This document shows positions 1 to 8,482 of a DNA stretch of 46,393 nt, piece after piece; the stretch's first letter is position 1; each line of letters starts with the position of its first letter. The translations under genes were made by a program, and so were the position numbers. Location: NCBI GenBank assembly GCA_030145525.1, contig JAQYVL010000120.1:1-46393 (forward strand), written 5' to 3'. The notes beneath the pieces were generated by a model. That model was given only the letters and a program-made list of their open reading frames with translations. It searched no databases and was not told where the DNA came from. This stretch comes from Desulfobacterales bacterium. Lineage in GTDB: Bacteria; Desulfobacterota; Desulfobacteria; Desulfobacterales; SURF-7.

Positions 1-1
1 G

Positions 2-1651
2 GCAGTACTCAATCTCTTCCGGGAAGTTGTAAACGGCGAAATCAAGGACTACAGCATTAAAGATCCGATAAAACTTAATTCTGTTGCCAAATCGGTCGGA
101 ATAGATGTCGAAGATAAAAGTATAAAAGAAATCGCTACAGAGTTATACCAGGAGCTTGAAAAAACTTATACACAGATAGAAGGAGAAATTCCCTTTGCAA
201 AGCTTGTACCGAAAAAAACGCTGGAAACATGGCGAAAGCTCGGTATCGTTCCCCGGGGCGCCATGCGTGAAATCATGGAACTGATGCATCGTACCCATAT
301 GGGTGTAGACCAGCAGCATGAGAATCTCACAAAACAGATCAGCCGGACGGCCCTGGCTGACGGCTGGGGAGGTTCGATGGTGGCCACTGAACTTTCCGAT
401 ATTCTGTACGGCACGCCTTCCCCGGTTGCCATTGAAGTCAATATGGGTGTTCTCAAGGAAAACATGGTCAACATCATTATTCATGGCCATGAGCCGAACC
501 TTTTCGAGTCCATGATGGTATCCGTCAATTCGCCCGTACTGACTCAGGCCGCAAAAGATGCGGGGGCCGATGGCCTCAACCTGGTGGGCATGTGCTGTTC
601 CGGAGCGGAAATGATGGTTAGACACGGCGTGCCCCATGCGGGCAATTTCATGTCGACCGAGGCCGTTCTGGTTACCGGCGCTGTCGATGCCATGTGCGTA
701 GATGTGCAATGCATCAAGCAGGGACTCGCCAAGGTAGCGGACTGCTACGGCACTCGGCTCTTTACCACTAATCCCCAGTGCCGTATCCAGGGAGTGGATC
801 ACATTGAATTCAACGAGCATGAGCCGCTTGCCTGCACCGACGAAATCATCATCAAGGCGATCTCGAGATTCAAAAACAGAACCGCTGCCATCGAAATACC
901 GCAAATTGTCAATTCCGGAGTTCACGGCTTCTCGCATGAGTATATCAACTACATGCTCGGCGGAACGTTCCGGGGAGGCTATACGCCTCTTAACGACAAT
1001 ATCATTAACGGCAGGATCCGTGGAGTTGCGGGAGTAGTCGGCTGCACCAACCCGAGGGTCAAGCAGGACTGGGTTCATGTGGAACTTGTCAAGGAATTAA
1101 TCAAAAATGATGTTCTTGTCCTTCAGACCGGATGCGCCCAGATAGCGCTTGCAAAAGCAGGATTAACTACACCGGAGGCTGCAGTTCTCGCGGGACCGGG
1201 TCTCCGTGATGTCTGTGAGGCCGTTGGAATGCCGCCGGTTCTTGGCATGGGTTCCTGCATCGACAACAGCCGCATTCTGCTTGCCGCATCGGCTATGGTC
1301 AGAGAAGGAGGTCTTGGCGAGAGCATTGCCGATCTGCCGGTTGCCGGAGCCGCGCCGGAATGGATGAGTGAAAAAGCAATTGCCATTGGTCAATACTTTG
1401 TCGCCTCAGGTGTGTTTACCGCTTTTGGTGTCATCTTCCCCATTGTCAAAGAGACGAAATTCCACAAACTTCTCTTTGGAGGACTGGAGGAGCAGGGTAT
1501 GGGGAAATGGTGCTATACGCCGGATCCATATGAAATGGCGCGCCTGATGATCGCCCATATCGATAAAAAACGAAAACAGCTTGGTATCGACAAGGCACGT
1601 GAACGGGTCCTTGTAGACATGGCTGATCGCCGGGAAATTACTACGGCATAA
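2..1651 (+). CDS. cooS: Ni-dependent carbon monoxide dehydrogenase catalytic subunit (CooS family), 5'-truncated by the window edge
   Basis: Frame 2 is open from nt 2 (AVLNLFREVVNGE...) into the listed 263..1651 ORF. CooS-type motifs are IIIHGHEPNL, GMCCSGAEM and LGMGSCIDNSR. Stop is TAA at 1649-1651. Confidence 0.85.
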   Translation, partial: AVLNLFREVVNGEIKDYSIKDPIKLNSVAKSVGIDVEDKSIKEIATELYQELEKTYTQIEGEIPFAKLVPKKTLETWRKLGIVPRGAMREIMELMHRTHMGVDQQHENLTKQISRTALADGWGGSMVATELSDILYGTPSPVAIEVNMGVLKENMVNIIIHGHEPNLFESMMVSVNSPVLTQAAKDAGADGLNLVGMCCSGAEMMVRHGVPHAGNFMSTEAVLVTGAVDAMCVDVQCIKQGLAKVADCYGTRLFTTNPQCRIQGVDHIEFNEHEPLACTDEIIIKAISRFKNRTAAIEIPQIVNSGVHGFSHEYINYMLGGTFRGGYTPLNDNIINGRIRGVAGVVGCTNPRVKQDWVHVELVKELIKNDVLVLQTGCAQIALAKAGLTTPEAAVLAGPGLRDVCEAVGMPPVLGMGSCIDNSRILLAASAMVREGGLGESIADLPVAGAAPEWMSEKAIAIGQYFVASGVFTAFGVIFPIVKETKFHKLLFGGLEEQGMGKWCYTPDPYEMARLMIAHIDKKRKQLGIDKARERVLVDMADRREITTA

Positions 1652-1666
1652 AAAATAAAATACGGT

Positions 1667-1703
1667 ATGGGAGGCACTTCAGGAAACAGGAAATGCCTCC
1701 CAT
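1667..1703 (+). terminator. Stem-loop downstream of cooS (10-bp perfect stem ATGGGAGGCA/TGCCTCCCAT, 17-nt loop)
   Basis: Perfect inverted repeat read directly, 16 nt after the cooS stop. There is no clear T-tract, so terminator function is uncertain. Confidence 0.35.
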
Positions 1704-1768
1704 ATCCATTATCTGTCGGAATAACGGGTTGAAACGTTTCGCAGGTTCATGAATAAAGGAGTGAAACG

Positions 1769-2449
1769 ATGAAAAAAAAGATACCGAATATAGGCGACAA
1801 GGCTCCCGATTTCAAAGTACTGAATGCCGACAACAAAGAGTTCTCTCTGTATTCCGCTCTCAAATCGAACCGGAATGTTCTGCTTGTATTCTACCGCGGA
1901 CACTGGTGACCATTCTGTATCAGCCAGTTGGCTGAAATACGAAAACGGTTCGGCTCCTTTCGAAAATATGATACAGATGTTTTCGCTCTTTCCGTGGACA
2001 CTCCGAAACAGTCCAGGGCAGTAATCAGGGAAATGAAACTTCGGTTCCAGCTTTTGTGTGATGTAGATAAAGAAGTGATCGATCTCTACCATCTTCACAA
2101 TCCTCATGAACATGGCGGTATCGCCTATCCCGCCATGTTTGTTATTCGACCTTCCGGAAAGATACAATACCGCTCCCTGGACACTACAGCACATCGAATT
2201 GACATGTCCGATCTGATTGAATTTCTGGAAACCATGAACAAAGATCCGGAATACCTGTCCACTGCCAAACCCAGGAAACGCTGGATTATTCCTTCCGTCA
2301 AAACGGCATGGCAGATTTCACGTAACATGATTTTCCGGGGAGATTTCGCGGACTGGAAGCACTATGTCACCTTCCCTTATGCAATTACAAAACTTTCGTG
2401 GAAAAAGCTGTCAGGATCAAAAATGAAGCCTGATGCAGGAAAGGATTAA
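1769..2449 (+). CDS. Peroxiredoxin-like (AhpC/TSA redoxin family) protein with in-frame UGA at 1907-1909, a probable selenocysteine (UxxC motif)
   Basis: ATG at 1769 is preceded by AAGGAG. It translates to MKKKIPNIGDKAPDFKVLNADNKEFSLYSALKSNRNVLLVFYRGHW-UGA-PFCISQLAEIRKRF and continues in the same frame as track ORF 1928..2449. The UGA occupies the first Cys position of the family motif RGxWCPxC. Confidence 0.75.
1913..1943 (+). promoter_or_regulatory. Candidate bacterial SECIS hairpin for the UGA at 1907
   Basis: Stem UUC/GAA, GUAU/AUAC and CAGCC/GGCUG with bulges and apical loop AGUU (contains GU). The hairpin base begins 4 nt after the UGA; the 5-bp apical stem begins at 1921, 11 nt after it. 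Confidence 0.5.
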
Positions 2450-2477
2450 AATTAGGGAACTGGTTTTAAAGCCGATT

Positions 2478-2699
2478 CTATTCCTTTTCAGGCCACTCTA
2501 TATTATATTGCTCCTCCGCAAAATAGCAGAAACGGTTCCATTCAAACTCCCTAAGGGATACGGGACACCGGAGCTTGACCTTGCTTTTGCTGATTCCCAC
2601 AACCTCCCAGTCCCCCCTGCGTGGGCCGTCGTCAATATGTATTTTCTGCCCGGTTTTAAAGGGATATGGTTTGAATCTTGCCACATCATGCTTTGCCAT
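2478..2699 (-). CDS. Small hypothetical protein (73 aa)
   Basis: ATG is preceded by AAGGAGA at good spacing. Composition is protein-like (MAKHDVARFKPYPFKTGQKIHIDDGPRRGDWEVVG...). No family recognised. Confidence 0.5.
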   Translation of the reverse strand: MAKHDVARFKPYPFKTGQKIHIDDGPRRGDWEVVGISKSKVKLRCPVSLREFEWNRFCYFAEEQYNIEWPEKE

Positions 2700-2915
2700 A
2701 TTCCATCTCCTTTTATGAATTCACGATGAATTTTATTCCGCAAAATCTTCCGCCACTCTTTCATCTCTGATTTCGTCTTTACCGCTTTACCTGAAAGCAG
2801 AACCTTGCTTATAATATTCATCATGAAACACATTTGTCTCATTCTTATAATGCAGGCAGCGTTTTTTAATTTCAGGGTTGTACGATTTCTAATATTGATC
2901 CATAACGGATTTAGA

Positions 2916-3272
2916 TTAGACCTTATTAATAACGATCCAATACCAGATACTGACCACCAGGAAATGAATCCCGACAGCTTCAATGATAAGAAAAATGCAG
3001 TAATACCACAAACGGCCAAGTAAACCGATTGGGATCAAAAGGCCTATGTCGACAATTCCTAATGCTAACAGCGAATAATATGTATAATAATATCCATGTT
3101 TGGTAACCAGTTCACTTAAAAAAAAGAGAGTAATGTTTAACACGATCAACAGATTTGTGAAACGCGAAAGATTCGCCCAATAAATTCCGTTTTGACTTCT
3201 GAATGAAATGTTGATCTGTTGTATAATTTTCATTTTCAACCATTTCCAAAAAACTACAATAATACTTCCCAT
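2916..3272 (-). CDS. Hypothetical small integral membrane protein (118 aa, about 3 hydrophobic segments)
   Basis: ORF lies in an AT-rich stretch and contains hydrophobic helices. No recognisable family and no clear RBS. Confidence 0.3.
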   Translation of the reverse strand: MGSIIVVFWKWLKMKIIQQINISFRSQNGIYWANLSRFTNLLIVLNITLFFLSELVTKHGYYYTYYSLLALGIVDIGLLIPIGLLGRLWYYCIFLIIEAVGIHFLVVSIWYWIVINKV

Positions 3273-3623
3273 TTATCATAAACTCAGCTCTGTCATTAAA
3301 TAGGCTAAACCCCTAAACCATGAAACGACTCGAACAGTCCAATGTTGATTTTCAATTTATTCATTATTCTACTTTGATATCCAATTTTCATGCCATGCGG
3401 TATTACAAGAGTAAAAATCAAAAAACCGGCGTTCACATTCTGCGACCGGCACAATGGCTATTGTCATATAAATTTTAACATGGTAAAAAATGATTACAAC
3501 ACATCCTGCGGCACACATTTTGCTCTACATATCGATAAAATAAGAAATTTTACATGATTAGAAACAGATCTCACACCTGATGATGTTTGAAAAGGGACAG
3601 GGATAGCAGAGAGGGAATCGGAA

Positions 3624-5765
3624 ATGAAAAAAATGCTGCCCAGAATCATTCTCATGCTGGTCATTTCAATACTTGCATATGCTTTTTATGCTTATGATCT
3701 GAGACAATATCTGACACTGGAATATCTCAAATCACAGCAGCAGTCTTTTGCAACCTTCTATGCTGCCCATAAGATATCCGCTCCGGCAGGTTATGTGGGA
3801 ATTTATATCCTTGTTGCCGCCCTGTCATTGCCCGGGGCAACCGTAATGACTCTGGCAGGTGGCGCACTTTTCGGATTCAAACTGGGTACGGTACTGGTTT
3901 CCTTTGCAAGCACAATTGGGGCAACGCTGGCCTTTCTCGTATCACGCTTTCTTCTGCGGGATTTCGTTCAAAAAAGATTTGGAGATAAGCTGCAGGCAAT
4001 CAACAGGGGAATTGAAAAGGATGGTTCTTTTTATCTTTTCTCTCTTCGGCTGGTGCCGATCTTTCCTTTTTTTGTCATTAACCTGGCAATGGGACTTACC
4101 CCCATCAAGACCCTGAGTTTCTATCTTGTCAGCCAGTTTGGCATGCTTGCTGGAACGTTTGTCTATGTCAACGCCGGCACACAACTGGGAAAAATTGAGT
4201 CGCTTGAAGATATTCTGTCTCCGGGGCTTCTGCTTTCCTTTGCCCTGCTCGGTATATTTCCGCTGATTGCAAAAAAAGCAATGGAAATCATAAAGGCACG
4301 AAAAATTTTTTCCAGGTTTACAAAACCAAAAAAGTTTGACTACAACCTGATCGTTATTGGCGGCGGATCTGCCGGTCTGGTGACTTCATACATCGCGGCG
4401 ACCGTGCGTGCCAGAGTAGCCCTGATTGAGAAACATAAAATGGGAGGAGATTGTTTAAACACAGGATGCGTGCCGAGCAAGGCTCTGATTCGCTCTGCTA
4501 AAATTATCTCTTATGCGAATCGGGCCAAAGATTTCGGATTTAAATCAGGCCGGTTCGAATTTGATTTCAGTGAATTAATGGAGCGGGTTCAAAACATTAT
4601 TAAAAAAGTAGAACCCCACGATTCTGCTGACCGCTACAAAAAGCTTGGCGTTGACGTTATCGAGGGCGAAGCAAAGGTGATCTCCCCTTTTGAAATCCAG
4701 GTTAACGATAAAATCTTTACTACCCGCAATATTGTTATAGCAACCGGTGCAAGACCGTTTGTCCCTCCAATTAAAGGGATTGAACAGATAAAATACCTGA
4801 CATCCGATAATGTCTGGGAAATCAGGAAACGCCCGGAACGGATGGTGGTACTTGGCGGCGGTCCCATCGGCTGTGAATTGACCCAGGTGTTTTCCAGAGT
4901 TGGAATCAAAGTTACTCAGGTAGAAATGATGCCGCGCATTATGGGGCGTGAAGACCCGGAAGTTTCCGATATGATCAAACAAAAATTCGAATCGGAAGGA
5001 ATCCGGGTTTTGACCGGTCATCGCGCAAAGGAAATCATTGTCGAAGGAGACCGTAAAGCATTGATATGCGATCACGATGGGGAGGAAATTCATCTAGAAT
5101 TTGATGAAATTCTGATTGCGGTCGGCCGGGTTGCCAATACCAGAGGCTTTGGCCTGGAAGATATCGGTGTTGAAATTTCAAAAAACGGCACGATTGAAAC
5201 CGATGAGATGCTCAGGACCAATTTCTCCAATATATTCTGCGCGGGCGATGTTGCAGGCCCCTATCAATTTACCCATACGGCAGCCCATCAGGCATGGTAT
5301 GCGTCTGTAAATGCGCTTTTTGGAAAATTTAAGTCATTCAAAGTCGACTACCGCGTCATCCCCTGGGCGACCTTTACAGACCCCGAAGTCGCCCGTGTCG
5401 GCCTGAATGAAACCGAAGCAAAAGAAAAAAACATTGAATATGAAGTAACCAGATACGGGATTGATGATCTTGACCGGGCTATTGCCGATTCTGAAGATCA
5501 CGGTCTGGTTAAGGTCTTAACCCCTCCTGGAAAGGATAAAATTTTAGGGGTTACGATTGTTGGCGCACATGCCGGCGATATCATTTCGGAATATATTCTG
5601 GCAATGAAACAGGGGCTGGGTCTTAATAAAATTCTTGGTACCATTCACATTTATCCGACGATGGCGGAAGCGAACAGATATGCCGCCGGTGAATGGAAAA
5701 AAGCCCATGCACCGGAAAAGGTTTTGCAGTGGATCGGCAATTACCACTCATGGATGAGAGGATGA
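3624..5765 (+). CDS. Fusion protein: N-terminal DedA/TVP38/TMEM64 (SNARE-associated) membrane domain plus C-terminal class I pyridine nucleotide-disulfide oxidoreductase (mercuric reductase / dihydrolipoamide dehydrogenase-like)
   Basis: The N-terminal ~230 aa are multi-TM with LAGGALFGF...ATLAFLVSRFL. Next come the FAD motif VIGGGSAGL, the redox-active disulfide GGDCLNTGCVPSK, the NAD motif VLGGGPIGCE and the dimerisation region HIYPTMAE. There is no MerA C-terminal Cys pair. Confidence 0.85.
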   Translation: MKKMLPRIILMLVISILAYAFYAYDLRQYLTLEYLKSQQQSFATFYAAHKISAPAGYVGIYILVAALSLPGATVMTLAGGALFGFKLGTVLVSFASTIGATLAFLVSRFLLRDFVQKRFGDKLQAINRGIEKDGSFYLFSLRLVPIFPFFVINLAMGLTPIKTLSFYLVSQFGMLAGTFVYVNAGTQLGKIESLEDILSPGLLLSFALLGIFPLIAKKAMEIIKARKIFSRFTKPKKFDYNLIVIGGGSAGLVTSYIAATVRARVALIEKHKMGGDCLNTGCVPSKALIRSAKIISYANRAKDFGFKSGRFEFDFSELMERVQNIIKKVEPHDSADRYKKLGVDVIEGEAKVISPFEIQVNDKIFTTRNIVIATGARPFVPPIKGIEQIKYLTSDNVWEIRKRPERMVVLGGGPIGCELTQVFSRVGIKVTQVEMMPRIMGREDPEVSDMIKQKFESEGIRVLTGHRAKEIIVEGDRKALICDHDGEEIHLEFDEILIAVGRVANTRGFGLEDIGVEISKNGTIETDEMLRTNFSNIFCAGDVAGPYQFTHTAAHQAWYASVNALFGKFKSFKVDYRVIPWATFTDPEVARVGLNETEAKEKNIEYEVTRYGIDDLDRAIADSEDHGLVKVLTPPGKDKILGVTIVGAHAGDIISEYILAMKQGLGLNKILGTIHIYPTMAEANRYAAGEWKKAHAPEKVLQWIGNYHSWMRG

Positions 5766-6532
5766 TCATGAATAATGTCAAAATTAAAATACTTTCCGCG
5801 ATTTCGTTCCTGCTGATAATCGGGCAACTTCTTCTGCCAGAGCAGACAATTTCAAATGAATCGATAAACCACAATCTATTTGACCAACTTCTTGAAAACC
5901 ACCTAAAAAACGGAGTTGTCGACTATAAGGGATTGAAACAGAATGAAGCAAAACTGGAGGAATATCTAATCGTGCTTGAGAAGGCTGAACCGGAGGCACT
6001 TTCCAGGGATGACCAGTTTGCCTTTTACATCAATGCCTATAATGCCTGGACCATCAAGCTGATACTCACCGGATATCCGGGTGTCAAATCGATCAAGGAG
6101 CTTGGAAGTTTTTTCAAGAGCCCCTGGAAGAAAAAAATCTGTCGAATTGGCGGAGAAGTAGTCACCCTGGACTATATCGAACACGCTATTTTGCGTCCCC
6201 GGTTTAAAGATCCACGGGTTCATTTTGCAATTAACTGTGCTTCAAAGGATTGTCCTCCTCTGCGGAAAGAGACATATCGCGGCAGCGTACTGGACAAACA
6301 ACTCGATGATGCTACAAAACGTTTTCTCAATGATCCGAAAAAAAATTATCTGGATGGGGAAAAGCTGTATGTAAGCAAAATTTTCGAATGGTTCGGCGAT
6401 GATTTTGACAACAGGATCGTCGAATTTTTTTTAAAATATGCGCAGGGAGACCTGAAAAAAAATCTCCTGAAACATCAGAATAAAATTGAGGTAAAATATC
6501 TGGATTATGACTGGTCGCTGAATGGGAAGTAA
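5762..6532 (+). CDS. DUF547 domain protein with N-terminal signal/anchor sequence
   Basis: ATG at 5762 overlaps the upstream stop (ATGA). An alternative ATG is at 5768; the track start at 5693 lies inside the upstream gene. Characteristic FYINAYNAWT and HFAINCASKDCPPL motifs. Confidence 0.8.
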   Translation: MIMNNVKIKILSAISFLLIIGQLLLPEQTISNESINHNLFDQLLENHLKNGVVDYKGLKQNEAKLEEYLIVLEKAEPEALSRDDQFAFYINAYNAWTIKLILTGYPGVKSIKELGSFFKSPWKKKICRIGGEVVTLDYIEHAILRPRFKDPRVHFAINCASKDCPPLRKETYRGSVLDKQLDDATKRFLNDPKKNYLDGEKLYVSKIFEWFGDDFDNRIVEFFLKYAQGDLKKNLLKHQNKIEVKYLDYDWSLNGK

Positions 6533-6612
6533 ATCAACTCCGGTTACCGGGCAGTATAAAAATCAGGCTGTTAATCCCGTCAACCGGAATATGCGCCCGG
6601 AAGGAATAAATC

Positions 6613-7392
6613 ATGAAAGGAAAATCAGCAATCATAACCGGCTCTACAAGCGGAATCGGACTGTCAATTGCAAGGCACTTTGCTTCCGCCGGCTGCAATA
6701 TCATAATAAATGGTTTTGGCGAAATATCGAAAATCGACACGATCCGTAAAAATATTGAAACGGAATACAAGGTGACCGCGCTGTATTCAAACGCAAACAT
6801 GATGAATCCGGATGATATTTCTCTGATGGTGTCGGAGGCAAAAGAGCAATTCGGAACAGTGGATATCCTCGTGAATAATGCCGGAATTCAGCATGTAGCG
6901 CCTGTGGATGAGTTCCCGCCGGAAAAATGGGACGCGATCATCGCCATAAACCTCTCTTCGGCATTCCACACCATACGGGCAGTTGTTCCCATGATGCGGG
7001 AGAAAAAATGGGGGCGGATTATCAACATCGCTTCCGCGCACGCGCTGGTGGCATCACCATACAAATCCGCGTATGTTGCGGCCAAGCACGGCATGCTGGG
7101 CCTGACAAAGGTTATCGCCTTAGAAACAGCCCAACAGGGAATTACCTGCAATGCCATATGTCCGGGCTATGTTCGAACACCGCTTGTCGAAGGTCAGATC
7201 GGCGATCAGGCAAAAGCGAGAAATATTACGGAAGAAGAGGTCGTGCAAGATGTGCTGCTTGCAGCTCAGCCGACCAAAAAATTTGTACAGCTTTCGGAAG
7301 TATGTTCCCTGGCTTTTTTCCTCGCAAGCGATTCCGCCGCATCCATAACCGGGGCGGCAATCTCCATAGATGGGGGCTGGACAGCTCAGTGA
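6613..7392 (+). CDS. bdhA: 3-hydroxybutyrate dehydrogenase-type short-chain dehydrogenase/reductase
   Basis: TGSTSGIGL Rossmann motif, LVNNAGIQH, and catalytic SAYVAAKHG. Near-collinear with known BdhA, including the C-terminal IDGGWTAQ. Confidence 0.85.
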   Translation: MKGKSAIITGSTSGIGLSIARHFASAGCNIIINGFGEISKIDTIRKNIETEYKVTALYSNANMMNPDDISLMVSEAKEQFGTVDILVNNAGIQHVAPVDEFPPEKWDAIIAINLSSAFHTIRAVVPMMREKKWGRIINIASAHALVASPYKSAYVAAKHGMLGLTKVIALETAQQGITCNAICPGYVRTPLVEGQIGDQAKARNITEEEVVQDVLLAAQPTKKFVQLSEVCSLAFFLASDSAASITGAAISIDGGWTAQ

Positions 7393-7412
7393 TTTAATTG
7401 TAAGGTGAACAA

Positions 7413-8378
7413 ATGATCGAAACAACCCATAACACATTTATCAAAACCCTTTCAAAAAACAATGTAATCCTTGAAAGGGAAAGGGCCACAACCCTTCAGA
7501 TAAATACAGGCCTTTTATGTGATCGGCAATGCGCCCACTGCCATCTGAGTGCGGGGCCGGAGAGAAAAGAGCTGATGTCCCGGGAAACCATGAAACAGAT
7601 TGTCGATTTTGCATCAACCGGTCATTTTGCAGTGATCGATATCACCGGAGGAGCCCCGGAACTGAATCCGAATCTGCCCTTTTTGATTGAAAGTCTCATG
7701 CCGCTGGAAACGGGTATCATGCTGCGATCGAATCTTTCCGCTCTTAAGAACAAAGGAAAACCCCTGATGGATTTTCTTAGGGAGAATCGGATCAATATTG
7801 TGACTTCTTTTCCGTCGCTGAATGAACTCCAGACCGAATCGATCCGCGGAAAGGGCTCTTTCAGCACAGGCATTGAAACGCTGAAGATGCTTAATGCGCT
7901 GGGATATGGTCTGCCCGACTCCGGGCTTGTGCTTGATCTGGTTGTTAATCCTTCCGGAGCGTTTCTGCCGCCGTCGCAGAAGAGCCTTGAGAAACGGTTC
8001 AAAGCCACCCTTGAGCAAAAATGGGATATCCGCTTTAACCGACTTTTCTGCTTTGCCAATGCCCCCCTGGGAAGATTTCGGTCATGGCTTCAGGAATCGC
8101 AGAACTTTGAAGGCTATATGCAGAAACTGTTGACAGCATTCAATCCGTCTGCCGCAGGCGGCCTCATGTGCAGAACCCTGTTGTCCGTCTCATGGGACGG
8201 GTATCTTTTTGACTGCGATTTCAACCAGGCTGCCCGGCTCTTTATGGGAAACCGGAAAACGCATATCACGGAATTGACAGAACCACCTGCCCCCGGATCT
8301 TCTATTGCAGTAGGAGAACACTGCTTCACCTGTACCGCCGGAACAGGCTTTACCTGAGGCGGGTCGATCAATGCCTGA
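7413..8378 (+). CDS. arsS: ArsS-type radical SAM / Cys-rich domain protein (TIGR04167-like), with probable selenocysteine at UGA 8355-8357
   Basis: Radical SAM CDRQCAHCH (CxxxCxxC) and a C-terminal Cys-rich region CFTCTAGTGFT-UGA-GGSINA-UGA. The family is known to carry Sec near the C-terminus in some species. A hairpin lies 15 nt after the first UGA. If the UGA is a true stop, the CDS ends at 8357. Confidence 0.7.
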
Positions 8379-8393
8379 GTCTCAGGCTTTTTT
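8373..8393 (+). terminator. Hairpin GCCUGA-GUC-UCAGGC plus U6: an intrinsic terminator that could also serve as a SECIS for UGA 8355
   Basis: A 6-bp GC-rich stem with a GUC loop, followed by TTTTTT. It contains the second in-frame TGA (8376-8378). An outer GGTCGA/TCGACC pairing is also possible. Confidence 0.55.
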
Positions 8394-8482
8394 CCTGGTC
8401 GACCTCAACCTTCATGATCTTTGTAATACTTCGCCAGGGAAAACATAAAATCGAAATCCAAAAATTTTGACAGTCATTGCTT

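Noticed and set aside
143-1078. Long antisense ORFs opposite well-supported genes. Examples: 143..1078 (antisense to cooS), 1709..2194 (to prx), 11251..12036 and 12555..13070 (to nap genes), 18214..19310 (to copA), 21519..23441 (to korA), 35408..36178 (to the TolC-like gene), and 41382..42782.
   Set aside because: Each lies entirely within, and antisense or out of frame to, a gene with strong family motifs. Their translations are low-complexity or Arg/Ser/Pro-rich with no recognisable domains. This is typical of shadow ORFs.
3320-3478. A 52-aa ORF (MKRLEQSNVDFQF…) upstream of the DedA-reductase fusion gene.
   Set aside because: No RBS and no recognisable motif. It lies in a probable promoter region.
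5693-5761. Track start of the DUF547 ORF at 5693.
   Set aside because: That start lies inside the 3' end of the upstream fusion gene. The ATG at 5762 (ATGA overlap) or at 5768 gives a signal-peptide-like N-terminus.
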